A stretch of DNA of 63,364 nucleotides from a virus (IMGVR_UViG_3300020581_000085:1-63364), one strand, 5' to 3'. Shown: positions 1-10,076, numbered from the stretch's first letter. Numbers and translations are program-made. The notes: generated from the sequence alone by a model not told the origin.

Positions 1-139
1 TGAGAAAACCTAAGTGTTCCGGTTCGAGGAGAACATCGGTGCCATCAACCGTGGTGGTAAGGATGGAGCAGGACGTGGTGTGTGTATGGCGGTGGAGTGG
101 GCTATTAAAGGTGGATACGATTACGTAGCCATCACCGAG
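1..139 (+). repeat. Terminal direct repeat, left copy (circular assembly overlap)
   Basis: Matches 63226-63364 except pos 11 (T vs G at 63236) and pos 128 (G vs T at 63353); lies inside a CDS spanning the junction. Confidence 0.95.
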
Positions 140-538
140 GCTGACTTCTTCTTTTGCGAGCCCGTACGCAAGATCATCAATCGAATGAATAAGTCCGGGG
201 TGAAGGTTGCCTCACCAGGATTTGCTGTGCCATTCTGGTTCCCGGAGTTTGGCATCTTCTTCCTCGACGTGGAGTACGCCAAGGAATTTGATTTCATCGG
301 GAAGTACGATTGGCAGAACACTCAGACCTATCCTCTCCTTGAGATCAAACTTGAGAATCTATTCGGTGATGACCTGTTCATGCTCGGCATCCGTGGACAG
401 CGCAACGACTATAACCAGGTCAATGTCGCTAACCTCGCAAACAACTATCCATACGGTAACTGCAAGTGGCTCACGCAAAACCGTGACCCGAATGTTTATC
501 TACGCCTACTAGAGGTCAATGGGATCGTACCGAAATGA
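14..538 (+). CDS. Putative GT2-like glycosyltransferase, 3' part
   Basis: Continuation of the 63065 ORF; 'GYDYVAITEADFFF'. Confidence 0.7.
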   Translation: MFRFEENIGAINRGGKDGAGRGVCMAVEWAIKGGYDYVAITEADFFFCEPVRKIINRMNKSGVKVASPGFAVPFWFPEFGIFFLDVEYAKEFDFIGKYDWQNTQTYPLLEIKLENLFGDDLFMLGIRGQRNDYNQVNVANLANNYPYGNCKWLTQNRDPNVYLRLLEVNGIVPK

Positions 539-621
539 TAAAATCCATCCGACGTTGGATTGCTATTCTTCGAGAACTCAAGGCCATGCTCGACTACGCC
601 ACCAACAGGAATACCCCATGA
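535..621 (+). CDS. Small 28-aa ORF coupling GT and acetyltransferase genes
   Basis: ATGA overlaps at both ends; MIKSIRRWIAILRELKAMLDYATNRNTP. Confidence 0.5.
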   Translation: MIKSIRRWIAILRELKAMLDYATNRNTP

Positions 622-1205
622 TCATCGCTATCGTAGGGGCGGGAGGGCAGGGTAAAACCGTGGAGGACTGTCTATCGTCCTACGCCGATCCTTCGCATCG
701 GATATTCTTCGACGACAAGACTAATCTTCCGGTCAAGTCACTTTATAAGCAGGAAGGTTTCAAGCAATTCCTGACCGTTGTAGCCATCGGGGACAACGTA
801 ATACGAAGCCTCATATGCGAGCAGATTTTGATTCGTGGCGGGAATCTTCTCACTGTCCAGCATAAGGATTGCTTCGTTTCATCGTCTGCCAAGATCGGGG
901 TTGGATCGACTATCCATTTCGGGGTTCACGTCGGGGCAGGGGTGGTACTCGGAAAAGGCTGTATCATCAACAATGGCGCCAGCGTCGGCCATGGATGCAA
1001 GCTAGGAAACTACGTAAACGTTTGTGACGGTACCATGTTTGGTGGCGACGTTAAAGTCGGAGACGAGACGTTCATAGGATTGAATTGCACAATCCTTCCC
1101 AAGATCAAGATCGGTAAGTCATGTACGATCGGAGCTGGATCGGTAGTCATCCACAATGTACATGATGGGGCCAAGGTAGTCGGTAATCCCGCGAGGCCGA
1201 TATGA
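618..1205 (+). CDS. NeuD/PglD/VioB-family sugar acetyltransferase (hexapeptide repeat)
   Basis: 'IVGAGGQG', 'FFDD', 'VAIGDN..R', 'VGHGC', hexapeptide repeats, C-terminal 'VVGNPAR'; start re-called to ATG 618. Confidence 0.9.
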   Translation: MIIAIVGAGGQGKTVEDCLSSYADPSHRIFFDDKTNLPVKSLYKQEGFKQFLTVVAIGDNVIRSLICEQILIRGGNLLTVQHKDCFVSSSAKIGVGSTIHFGVHVGAGVVLGKGCIINNGASVGHGCKLGNYVNVCDGTMFGGDVKVGDETFIGLNCTILPKIKIGKSCTIGAGSVVIHNVHDGAKVVGNPARPI

Positions 1206-2314
1206 CTTTACCCATTGTCAGACCCCAGCATCCGAGGCTGTTCGATATCGATAGCTATTTCGATAAGGCTCTGGAGACCGGGAATGTCACTAATAATGGC
1301 GATCACGTCCAAGCATTCGAGGCCAAGCTAACCGAGCTACTCGGCGTACCAACGATTTGCTTAAATAGCGGTATGTCAGCATTAGTCGCCATGCTACGCG
1401 CTATCGACGTCGTGGACATGGACGTTATCGTTCCGTCGTTCACTTTCGCCGCGACTCCTCATGCGGTGATCCTGGCTGGCGGTCGCCCGGTATTCGCCGA
1501 CATTGATGAACAAACCCTGTGCCTTGATCCAATCGCCGCGGAGAGAGCCATTACCGGCCGCACCACGGCAATCATGGGTGTGGATGCCTACGGACTATGC
1601 TGGCAACCTCCTAAAGGTTGGAGCGCCGGTGGGCATATAGACGTGCTGATTGATTCGGCCCCGGCGTTCGGTTCGGAGATATCCGGAACTAACTCATATG
1701 CCAGAGCCAAGGCACAGGTCTATTCGTTCCATGCGACAAAGCCATTCTCGACGATGGAGGGAGGATGTCTGTGCTCAAGTGATCCAACCTTAATAGATCG
1801 CGCCAAGGCCATACGAAACTTCGGTATCGGTCAGGATGGCAAGGTTGAGCAGATTGGGATTAACGGAAAGATGATAGAGGTCTGTGCCATCATCGGGCTA
1901 AAGCAATTGGAAACTTGGCCCGAGCGGAGGTTGGCAAGATCGGTAGCGGAGGCCGCGCTGCATGACACTTTAGAAGAGATCAGGGGAATTAAACTTATTA
2001 AGCCACCTTCCAACCAGATGCCGATCTGGACGTACATGCCAATCCTCGTCACCGACAATTTCGGCGTACCGCGGGATATCGTGGTCAAGAAACTCCACGA
2101 GAAAGGCATCATGGTCCGCCAGTATTATGAACCGTGCCATCTAATGCCAGCCTACCAATACAATCCAAAATACCCGTCAGGTCACGTTAAGCTTGCCGTG
2201 ACCGAACATATTGCAGAGCAGGTGATAGCGCTTCCGGTCTATGGAGATATGAAGAAGAAGGAGATCAACGAGATTTCCGGGGCGCTCCGATCAATCCAGA
2301 AAGAATACGCATGA
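1202..2314 (+). CDS. DegT/DnrJ/EryC1/StrS PLP sugar aminotransferase (VioA-like)
   Basis: 'VTNNG', 'VIVPSFTFAAT', 'PVFADID', 'DSAPAFG', 'YSFHATK' (PLP Lys), 'EGG', 'GINGKM'. Confidence 0.92.
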   Translation: MTLPIVRPQHPRLFDIDSYFDKALETGNVTNNGDHVQAFEAKLTELLGVPTICLNSGMSALVAMLRAIDVVDMDVIVPSFTFAATPHAVILAGGRPVFADIDEQTLCLDPIAAERAITGRTTAIMGVDAYGLCWQPPKGWSAGGHIDVLIDSAPAFGSEISGTNSYARAKAQVYSFHATKPFSTMEGGCLCSSDPTLIDRAKAIRNFGIGQDGKVEQIGINGKMIEVCAIIGLKQLETWPERRLARSVAEAALHDTLEEIRGIKLIKPPSNQMPIWTYMPILVTDNFGVPRDIVVKKLHEKGIMVRQYYEPCHLMPAYQYNPKYPSGHVKLAVTEHIAEQVIALPVYGDMKKKEINEISGALRSIQKEYA

Positions 2315-3312
2315 GGATTTTGATCGCCGGGGCTGGCGGGTATATCGGGATTCCTCTTTACGAAGAACTGGCGAAGAGAGGCCATGAGGTCTGGGGTTTC
2401 GACCGGTGGTTCTTCGGTAAGAAACCAATGGGAATTGCTAGCGGTATTTACGCAGATATAAGAACCGTAGACCCTAGAAAGATGCCGCAGATGGATGCGG
2501 TTATCGACCTAGCCGGTCTCTCCAATGATGCCTCTGCCGATATTGATCCGGAGTTGACGACATCCATCAATCTCCACGGTGCCTGTAGACTGGCTACGCT
2601 GGCCAAGGATGCGGGTACGCGAAGGTATATCTACTCCAGCTCATGTTCGATTTACGGAGCTGGTGAACGCGCTGGGCTATCTGAGGGCGATGATCCGAAC
2701 CCTCTGACGGCATATGCAAGGTCCAAGGTTGGCGTCGAGGATCATCTTCGATCGATAGCATCTCCAGATTTCGACCCGATCATATTTCGCAATGCAACAG
2801 TGTTTGGCGCATCTCCCCGCATGAGATTTGACCTGGCCGTCAACATCATGACGCTCAGGGCATGGCGGGATAGACTGATTTATGTGATGGGATCTGGAAA
2901 GCAGTATCGTCCCTTTGTTCATGTGTTGGATGTGGTAAGGGCATTCGTGCTTGCGGTGGAGCGGAAGGAATATACTAACGATACGTTCAACGTCGGATGT
3001 GACAGCATGAATATGTCGATTGAGGAACTATCCTCTCGGGTAAAAAATGTTTTCCCGTCTGCGGACGTTCACAACATCCCGGACGATCCCGATAAGCGCA
3101 GTTACAACGTCTCGTTCCAGAAGATAAAATCAGCCATGCAATTCAAGGTGCACCATGACGTCACCATGGGAATTTGCGAAGTTAAAGACGCCTTGATCAA
3201 GGGGAAGATCAGCGGAGATGACCCTACCGCATACACTTTGAACTGGTATCGTTCGTTGATGGACTGGGACCGTAGACTTAGCGAGATACGGCTAGACGGC
3301 AGGATCCTATGA
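2311..3312 (+). CDS. NAD-dependent NDP-sugar epimerase/dehydratase (extended SDR)
   Basis: 'GAGGYIG', 'YSSSCSIYG', 'YARSK', 'RNATVFG.SPRMRFDL', 'RPFVHV.D'. Confidence 0.92.
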   Translation: MRILIAGAGGYIGIPLYEELAKRGHEVWGFDRWFFGKKPMGIASGIYADIRTVDPRKMPQMDAVIDLAGLSNDASADIDPELTTSINLHGACRLATLAKDAGTRRYIYSSSCSIYGAGERAGLSEGDDPNPLTAYARSKVGVEDHLRSIASPDFDPIIFRNATVFGASPRMRFDLAVNIMTLRAWRDRLIYVMGSGKQYRPFVHVLDVVRAFVLAVERKEYTNDTFNVGCDSMNMSIEELSSRVKNVFPSADVHNIPDDPDKRSYNVSFQKIKSAMQFKVHHDVTMGICEVKDALIKGKISGDDPTAYTLNWYRSLMDWDRRLSEIRLDGRIL

Positions 3313-3554
3313 GCAAAGAAATAGCCGACAAATTCCGCGTCATGGCCGATCGTATAGAGAAGAACACTGGAGAGCCGTTCGGCGGCTGCGTCATGATCTT
3401 CCCGCCCGGAGATAACATCGAACCAATCGAGCTGCTTTGGCTTGATGCCAAGACCGATATCCCATCGTTCTGGGGTACGATTAGGGCCAAGTGCGATATC
3501 GCGGTAGCCGAACACGCCAACCAGTCTAGAATGGGGCAGGCTTTCCGAAGGTAA
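3309..3554 (+). CDS. Hypothetical protein
   Basis: ATGA-coupled ORF directly before terL. Confidence 0.6.
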   Translation: MSKEIADKFRVMADRIEKNTGEPFGGCVMIFPPGDNIEPIELLWLDAKTDIPSFWGTIRAKCDIAVAEHANQSRMGQAFRR

Positions 3555-3576
3555 GATATTGTGATATTTCTCATCT

Positions 3577-5499
3577 ATGGCCCCGTGGAGCAGAAAAAAG
3601 CGCGTCGAATTCGAAGGGGCGTTCTATGACTTCCTTTCCGAATGCCGAGTAAACAGCAAGGATGACGGAGAGATCATCCTTGGTAATTGCCTTTACCGAG
3701 CACAGCGCATACTTTTCACCGCGATATTCGACGGTATGGAGCAGGACATCCATACGTTTGACGCTCTCAAATCCCGACAATTGGGCATCTCGACATCGGC
3801 CCGCGCCCTTAATGTATTCTGGAGCGGCATGCACGATGGCCTAGCAAGCGCGTGCGTGTTCGATACCGATACCAATAAACAGAACGCCCGTCGCGAGATA
3901 GAAACTATGGTTGAGGCTTTGCCTGATAGCCTCGGGTTTCCCAAGATCAAAGCAAATAACCGAAACGCAATCACCTTGGAAAACAACTCGACTATTACCT
4001 TCATGTCGGCCGGCGTTAAAAAGAGTAAGTCGTCCGGAACTCTAGGCCGGTCTTTAGGCCTAAGCGCGTATAATGCCTCCGAAATTTGCAGCTTTGATAA
4101 CGATGAGGGCTGGGAAGCATTCCAAAACTCGGTATCTGATAAGCATCCAAACCGACTTTATGTGAGAGAGTCCACTGCCCGCGGCTACAACTCTTGGCAT
4201 GAAATATGGGAGGAAGATAGATCCGACCCCACTCATGTTACGTGCGTCTTCTTAGGATGGTGGTCTAAGGATACTCAGGTAATCGAGCGTAACGAAGCTG
4301 ACTTCGAACTCTACGGCGTCCAGCCACCTACCGATATCGAGATTAAGAAAATAGAGTTGGTAAAGAAGCTATACGGCTGGCAGATAACTCCTGAGCAGTT
4401 GGCATGGGTGCGCCGTAAGAGCGATCCTACCGGAAAGAAAGAGGGAGATGCGCCCGCTGAATTCACTCCAAACGTAATCCGTCTTCAGGAGCAGCCGTGG
4501 GTCGAGGAGGACGCATGGCAGATGACCGGGAGTGTGTTCTTCACTCCGGAGAAACTAGCTGAGCAGGCCAACCGTAATGTCGCCAAGAACTTCTCAACTT
4601 ACTACTTCGCTCCCGGTATAGAATTCACTGATATGCGCGTCTATAAACCGCCGAATAATAAGTCGATCGAGCTGAAGATATGGGAACCGCCGCAGCAAGA
4701 ATCGGTATACGTGGTAGCTGCTGACCCAGCCTTTGGTTCCCATGAGGATAATGACCGGTCCAGCATTCAAGTTCTGAGATGCTACGCTGACGGGTGCGAT
4801 CAGGTCGCCGAATACGCATGGCCACTGATAGGGACTCGACCATTTGCTTGGGTAATTCTTGCCTTGGCTGGCTGGTACGCCAAGGAGATGAGCGACATTT
4901 ATCTGATCGTTGAACTCAATGGGCCCGGCAACGCGGTGTGGGATGAGATCGTGTCCACTCGCCAGCATATTAACGCCGGGTATCAGCCCCATGAAATGGA
5001 CGATAAGGGATTGGCTAACGTTTTCTGGAACGTAAAGAATTACGTCTATAGCCGCCCTGATTCGCTGGGTGCTGGGAAGGCTCAGCAATGGCGCACGTCA
5101 GGTGGTGCGGGCCCTACTGCAAAGGTTCGTCTGATGGAGCGTCTGAGGGATTTTACCGACAATGGAATGCTTCGTATCAGGTCTCAGGACTCCCTCGAGG
5201 AAATGAGATCCGTTACCCGTGAAGGTGATACGATAGCCGCTCAGGGCAAGAATAAGGACGACCGAGTGATGGCCTTGGCCTTGGGCATTCGATGCTGGGA
5301 GGAACGGGTCAGGCGTACGCTATCGGTCAGCCAAAGAACCAGGGAACGGGAGTTGTCCAAGCTTCGGTTGACACCGGAGGACCGATACAAGATGTTCACC
5401 TCCTACCAGTTTCAGCAATTTTTGGGCGAGAAGAAGATATTGAGGGAGCGGGAAATGCGAGCTCTCAAGGCCCATAATCGGAGGTTTGGACGTCGATGA
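3577..5499 (+). CDS. terL: Terminase large subunit
   Basis: Walker A 'LKSRQLGIST', coupling motif 'ESTARG', RNaseH-like nuclease 'AADPAFG...DRS...DDRVMA'. Confidence 0.93.
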   Translation: MAPWSRKKRVEFEGAFYDFLSECRVNSKDDGEIILGNCLYRAQRILFTAIFDGMEQDIHTFDALKSRQLGISTSARALNVFWSGMHDGLASACVFDTDTNKQNARREIETMVEALPDSLGFPKIKANNRNAITLENNSTITFMSAGVKKSKSSGTLGRSLGLSAYNASEICSFDNDEGWEAFQNSVSDKHPNRLYVRESTARGYNSWHEIWEEDRSDPTHVTCVFLGWWSKDTQVIERNEADFELYGVQPPTDIEIKKIELVKKLYGWQITPEQLAWVRRKSDPTGKKEGDAPAEFTPNVIRLQEQPWVEEDAWQMTGSVFFTPEKLAEQANRNVAKNFSTYYFAPGIEFTDMRVYKPPNNKSIELKIWEPPQQESVYVVAADPAFGSHEDNDRSSIQVLRCYADGCDQVAEYAWPLIGTRPFAWVILALAGWYAKEMSDIYLIVELNGPGNAVWDEIVSTRQHINAGYQPHEMDDKGLANVFWNVKNYVYSRPDSLGAGKAQQWRTSGGAGPTAKVRLMERLRDFTDNGMLRIRSQDSLEEMRSVTREGDTIAAQGKNKDDRVMALALGIRCWEERVRRTLSVSQRTRERELSKLRLTPEDRYKMFTSYQFQQFLGEKKILREREMRALKAHNRRFGRR

Positions 5500-6008
5500 A
5501 GTACAAACTCCAGTGCAATTTCTGTAGCGAAACTTTCACCCATATTGGCAACTCTTTCCCTACGCACTGCCCGCTGTGCTTTGCCTACGTCGGGCTAGAT
5601 GGCAAGCCGGAGGTAAACCTCCCGTTCCTGTCCAAGGCGGTTAACAAGACACCGGATACCCTCAATAGACAAATGGAGTCAATGGCCAACGATAGACGGT
5701 ATCAAGCCGCGGAGATGACCGGAAATCCCGTATCAGACTTTGATTCGATGAAGCATACCAACATGAGGGATAGTCTCCATGAGGGTGACACTTCTTATGT
5801 CCCGACACGGCAGCCAGCCACCGATGATCTCAAGGTTCAATTCGGTGATGGGCAGGGAGGCAATATAGACCCGGCTATCCTGCAAGGAGTGAGAACCGGG
5901 GGCAACGCCAATATGGGGGCAAATCAGGTAATGCCGTCGATCAGAAGTCTACACCAAAGGAATGCCCACGCCATTGTTGCCAAGGGAAGCATTAAGGCAA
6001 AAGGCTGA
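5496..6008 (+). CDS. Hypothetical protein with N-terminal zinc ribbon
   Basis: CNFC...CPLC; between terL and portal. Confidence 0.7.
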   Translation: MKYKLQCNFCSETFTHIGNSFPTHCPLCFAYVGLDGKPEVNLPFLSKAVNKTPDTLNRQMESMANDRRYQAAEMTGNPVSDFDSMKHTNMRDSLHEGDTSYVPTRQPATDDLKVQFGDGQGGNIDPAILQGVRTGGNANMGANQVMPSIRSLHQRNAHAIVAKGSIKAKG

Positions 6009-7741
6009 TGCTTCATATCCCGACACAGGAAACCGCTCTAGTACGCTTTATCAACGAGCATATTGAATTGTGTATGGAGACGGCTGCGGGGCGGGCTTCC
6101 GAGTGTCGTCTAATCAATGCGATCGTGGAAACCGGAAGGACCGATGGCGCTAAGTCCAAGATGAACATGCTCTACAATCATCTGGATCGTTTGACTGCCT
6201 ACCTCTATTCTCCCACCGACCTACGGTTCACGCTAGATTTTGAGAACGATTACCCGGAGAGAATTTATCAGCAGGCCGGAGTAGTAGCACGAAGTCTTAC
6301 GCGGGATTGGGAGCGAAATAATATTGACACGCTATTCGGCGCCGGAGTTTTTGAATCCCTCAAGTACGGATCATCTATCCTGAAACAATGGACAGAGACG
6401 ACCGACGATGAGGATGTCTCGTTCTGTAGTCGGCTAACAAACCAGTGGAACTTTGGAGTTTATACGGAAGACGAAAACGACCTGTCAAAGCAGGAAGTCC
6501 TCTGCGAGCGCATGTACCTCACGATGCCGGAGGTATGGCAGCGAATCTATCGTCTGCCAGGCGCTAAAGAATTGATGAAGCGTATCAAGTCTCATTCAAG
6601 ATCGGGAGAATCCGACTGGGGCGCGACGTCATTCTTCCATCAGGTTCTATCGGTTTCCGCTCTCAATACATCTCAGGTTAATCCAGTTCCGCCTCCCGGT
6701 GGCATCGTCGATCTAGCCAATAACCAGAACTACTCGATGATGTCGCCGACCATCGCGGCAAATCGAGTTTTGATGCACGAACTCTGGGTCAAGGACGAGC
6801 ACGATTACGTCACGTTACAGATGATTGAGCCAGATATAATCGTCGCCCCGTACCGAAAGGACGGGATTGTGATGAGGAAACAGAACCTCATGGTTCCTGG
6901 CGACATGAAAACCGGTCGCCATCCGTACACTCTGATCCAACCCAACCAGATGAGGGGATATATCTGGGGACGAACCGAAATATCAGATCTGGTCGAACCT
7001 CAGATGTTACTCTCTCAAGGCGCAGACGACGCTCAGAGATTGCTAGGTGTCCAAGTCGATAAGATCATTGGGTACACTGGCGTCGACGGAATGACCGATG
7101 AGAGATACGACGCCATGAGGGGAGCAGGATGGGTGTCAGCTCCACAGCAAGCTACAATGGCCGACCTCACCCCTAAATTTCCCAATGAGCTTCTGCCAAT
7201 GCTCAAGTTCTATATCGAGCAGTTGAATGTCATTGGGGGGTTCTCTGACCTTATGCAAGGACGAGGAGAATCAGGAGTTCGTGCTGGAACGCACGCCAAT
7301 ACCCTGATGAAAACAGGGTCTCCCAGACTTAGAGATCGGTCGTTACTTGTGGAGCGTCAATGCGCCACAGCGGCCGATCTCACTCTTTTGCTCAAGACGG
7401 CAAAGGACGGAGACCAGTTTTGGACAAAAGCCGAAACGCTAGAGGATATCAAAAACACCACATTCCGTCTGACAGACCTTCCTGACGATAGGAGAGTGGC
7501 AGTAGATAGCCACAGCTCTAGTCCGATATTTGCGGACGATCATCAGCAACTAACGGCGTTTGGTTTGAAGGCCGGATTCATTGATGGCGAGGAAGCGATC
7601 GAAGACCTTCCGTATCCTAACAAGGAACGGAAAAAGCAGAAATATCGGATGAAGCAGGTTGCTCAGCAGAAGAAGCTGGAAGAGTTGAAGCAGGCCGATC
7701 CGGAAGCTTATGCTAAGCTATTGAGCCACGGTAAAAAGTAG
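6008..7741 (+). CDS. Portal protein
   Basis: 577 aa after terL; 'LMQGRGESGVRAGTHA' portal-like segment; helical, charged C-terminus; synteny. Confidence 0.8.
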   Translation: MLHIPTQETALVRFINEHIELCMETAAGRASECRLINAIVETGRTDGAKSKMNMLYNHLDRLTAYLYSPTDLRFTLDFENDYPERIYQQAGVVARSLTRDWERNNIDTLFGAGVFESLKYGSSILKQWTETTDDEDVSFCSRLTNQWNFGVYTEDENDLSKQEVLCERMYLTMPEVWQRIYRLPGAKELMKRIKSHSRSGESDWGATSFFHQVLSVSALNTSQVNPVPPPGGIVDLANNQNYSMMSPTIAANRVLMHELWVKDEHDYVTLQMIEPDIIVAPYRKDGIVMRKQNLMVPGDMKTGRHPYTLIQPNQMRGYIWGRTEISDLVEPQMLLSQGADDAQRLLGVQVDKIIGYTGVDGMTDERYDAMRGAGWVSAPQQATMADLTPKFPNELLPMLKFYIEQLNVIGGFSDLMQGRGESGVRAGTHANTLMKTGSPRLRDRSLLVERQCATAADLTLLLKTAKDGDQFWTKAETLEDIKNTTFRLTDLPDDRRVAVDSHSSSPIFADDHQQLTAFGLKAGFIDGEEAIEDLPYPNKERKKQKYRMKQVAQQKKLEELKQADPEAYAKLLSHGKK

Positions 7742-7842
7742 TTCACGTCCCGCTTTTCAAAAGCCATACCATCAGAATAATCACGGCACTGCAAAGCACA
7801 TATAGCGCGACCGTTTTCCACCGTTCTGGGCCGGGGCTTTGC

Positions 7843-8091
7843 CTAACGTATCGGGCCAATATGTAGTCCTCCGCCCATCCCAACTAGGCATCCCAATAAT
7901 CCGAACACGATCCAGATAATGAAAATCGCAACGATCGCCCACAGGACGATGTTGATGATGGCACCGATGGCTCCTCCGGCCGCTCCAATTAGGCTGAGCA
8001 AAAGCGGGACTAGTATTTTTATAATGGCAACGACGGCGAAGATGATAACTAGATCGATGCATAACTGCTGGACCCACCGATTGAGAAACAT
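7843..8091 (-). CDS. Small two-TM membrane protein
   Basis: Two long hydrophobic stretches; antisense to morphogenesis genes. Confidence 0.65.
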   Translation of the reverse strand: MFLNRWVQQLCIDLVIIFAVVAIIKILVPLLLSLIGAAGGAIGAIINIVLWAIVAIFIIWIVFGLLGCLVGMGGGLHIGPIR

Positions 8092-8160
8092 CCGCCCATG
8101 GTAAATCCCTCTGGGGGTTAATTCACAGAGGTCTAAGTCGCATAAGGGACAAAAGTTCCG

Positions 8161-8430
8161 TTAGGCGGTCTTCAGTGCCTCAAGCGCCGCGGTGTTGGTC
8201 GTGATCTGAGTGGTGTCAGCATCAACCCCAGCCTGATCGGTAGTACCTGACTGTAGCGTTGCGATGGTAGAAGCTTGTGTTGCGATCTCGGCTTTCAGCG
8301 AAGTGATGAGTGCCTGCATGTCAGTTACCGCCTGAGTATTAGCAGCTACGGCGGCATTCAAATTGGTTAAGTCGGCCATGATTTTCTCCAGTGCTTGAAG
8401 GACAAGCATTTGTAATTCACGTTCGTCCAT
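8161..8430 (-). CDS. Coiled-coil hypothetical protein
   Basis: Heptad-like 'MADLTNLNAAVAANTQAV...'; start uncertain (8430 or 8379). Confidence 0.6.
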   Translation of the reverse strand: MDERELQMLVLQALEKIMADLTNLNAAVAANTQAVTDMQALITSLKAEIATQASTIATLQSGTTDQAGVDADTTQITTNTAALEALKTA

Positions 8431-8446
8431 ATCAAACTTTCTGGGG

Positions 8447-8653
8447 TTACGCCACTTCGGCGCTTTCGCTCCATAAGATGAACTCGTAAGTCGGCAGTCG
8501 GTATACTCTGCCCCGCTTCCGATACGGTGGCCCACCGTCCCTTCCTAATCTATCGTAAATAAAGTCGGTGCAAACTCCAGCCAACTCGGCGGCCTCCTTG
8601 ACGGTCAGGTATCTCTTGCGCCTGACTAGCTGTTGTATCTCAACGGCCTGCAT
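8447..8653 (-). CDS. Excisionase-like winged HTH (HTH_17-type) DNA-binding protein
   Basis: 'YLTVKEAAELAGV...IY...GPPYRKRGRVYRL...FILW'. Confidence 0.8.
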   Translation of the reverse strand: MQAVEIQQLVRRKRYLTVKEAAELAGVCTDFIYDRLGRDGGPPYRKRGRVYRLPTYEFILWSESAEVA

Positions 8654-8860
8654 GTTCCGCTAATTGTCCTGTTTGCCGACACTCACCAAATACATCCGTT
8701 CTAGTCCTAAAGCAACCGAATGGCGGTTAACCCGTCGCTCAACGGACACATGACGTGTAGCCATCCCGGCTATCCGCGAAACCTCGCAGACACACGGAGG
8801 ACCAACCCGATGATCACTCGTAATCGGCGCAAAGGTCGCAAGCACCGGAAGTAAGCTTGC

Positions 8861-9277
8861 ATGGCACTACCTCCTTCTGTTTCTCCTCCGCCTACACCCG
8901 GACAACCTCCGGGAGGGGCACCAACTCAACCGCCGTTTGGTGGGTCGCCTGCCGTGACCCCTACCCCAAACAAGGGGTTCGAGATGGCGGGGAAGCAGAA
9001 GGTCGCCATGGCCGTTAAGGTTCTACAGGATGCTCTACCGATGTACGGGGCATCCTCTGACGAGGGGCAAGTCATTCTCGATTGCCTCAGGAAATTGGGG
9101 AAGATGGCCCAGCCAGGCGATGTCAGCCAGTCGGGCCAGGTCAACGGTCTTCAACAGCAGATGCTCAAGGCGTTGCAATCAGGTCAGACGCAGAAATCAA
9201 TGGCCGCTCCGCAAGCCGGGGCAGGCGCAGCGCCGGGGGGCGCACCTCCAACCCCGTCACCGGCAGCCGCCGCGTAA
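8861..9277 (+). CDS. Pro/Gln-rich head-assembly-region protein
   Basis: First gene of capsid operon; low-complexity termini. Confidence 0.7.
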   Translation: MALPPSVSPPPTPGQPPGGAPTQPPFGGSPAVTPTPNKGFEMAGKQKVAMAVKVLQDALPMYGASSDEGQVILDCLRKLGKMAQPGDVSQSGQVNGLQQQMLKALQSGQTQKSMAAPQAGAGAAPGGAPPTPSPAAAA

Positions 9278-9287
9278 GGAGATCAAG

Positions 9288-9467
9288 ATGAGTCTATTCC
9301 AGAACTCTACCAAAACCCTCCCGAAGAAACCCGACGAACAGATCGTCCGAGTTGACATGGAAGAGGACCAGATTTCCGGTCGCAAGAGCCATCTTCCTAA
9401 GGGCGCTACCGGTACTGGTGGGATGACCATCCAGCACGTCGGGTCGTCCTCGGGGAGCATGAAGTAA
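9288..9467 (+). CDS. Small hypothetical protein
   Basis: SD TAAGGAG before ATG 9288; MSLFQNSTK... Confidence 0.65.
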   Translation: MSLFQNSTKTLPKKPDEQIVRVDMEEDQISGRKSHLPKGATGTGGMTIQHVGSSSGSMK

Positions 9468-9468
9468 C

Positions 9469-10065
9469 ATGCCAGAGATCGACGAGACGAGGCTTGGAAG
9501 CTTGAACGCGGTCGCTCAGATCGCCGACGCGCTCCTGAAAAACCCCAAGACGCGCAAGAAGTATCTCGAGGCCGTCAAGGAAGCCCGTCCGGATCTCCCG
9601 ATCCCGGAGATTGATGCCGCGGCCCCGGTCGCTAGTGAGATCGCTGCCGTTCGCGAGGAATTTACGAAAGAGTTGAAGGCGATCCGCGAGGACCGGGAAA
9701 AAGATAAAAATGACCGCCTCCTCGGCTCCGTTCGCGAACAGTACAACAAGGGAAAGCAGGAATTGCTTGACCTTGGCTATACGACGGAAGGTGTGGCCGA
9801 CGTCGAGAAGTTCATGGAGGCCAACAACCTCACCGACTTCTCCCTAGCGCGCAAGGCATACGAATTCGATAACCCCCGTCCTGCTCCTGGCCGCCCGTCA
9901 AGAAACAATTTCTGGGATGCTCAGGAAGCCAAGGCCGCCGGCAGCGACGATTATATCAAGAAGCTTTTCGAGACAGGCGGACAGGACGAATCGGTTCTGG
10001 ACGCGCAGATCAGCACCGTGCTTGCCGAGGCCCGTCAGGGTTTAGGTGGAGCTAGGGCGAGGTAG
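9469..10065 (+). CDS. Putative scaffolding protein
   Basis: Charged coiled-coil, immediately upstream of capsid gene. Confidence 0.6.
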   Translation: MPEIDETRLGSLNAVAQIADALLKNPKTRKKYLEAVKEARPDLPIPEIDAAAPVASEIAAVREEFTKELKAIREDREKDKNDRLLGSVREQYNKGKQELLDLGYTTEGVADVEKFMEANNLTDFSLARKAYEFDNPRPAPGRPSRNNFWDAQEAKAAGSDDYIKKLFETGGQDESVLDAQISTVLAEARQGLGGARAR

Positions 10066-10076
10066 GAGAGAGACAA

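Noticed and set aside
11-13. In-frame TAA suggesting a GT pseudogene or stop-codon recoding
   Set aside because: The other copy has GAA (63236); the mismatch is at the contig edge and probably an error; genes elsewhere use standard stops
1-139. 139-bp terminal repeat as a biological DTR
   Set aside because: It falls mid-gene and its size fits an assembly overlap; it indicates circularity or permutation, not physical ends
8725-8745. CtrA box upstream of the capsid operon
   Set aside because: Only one TTAA half-site; spacing does not fit TTAA-N7-TTAA
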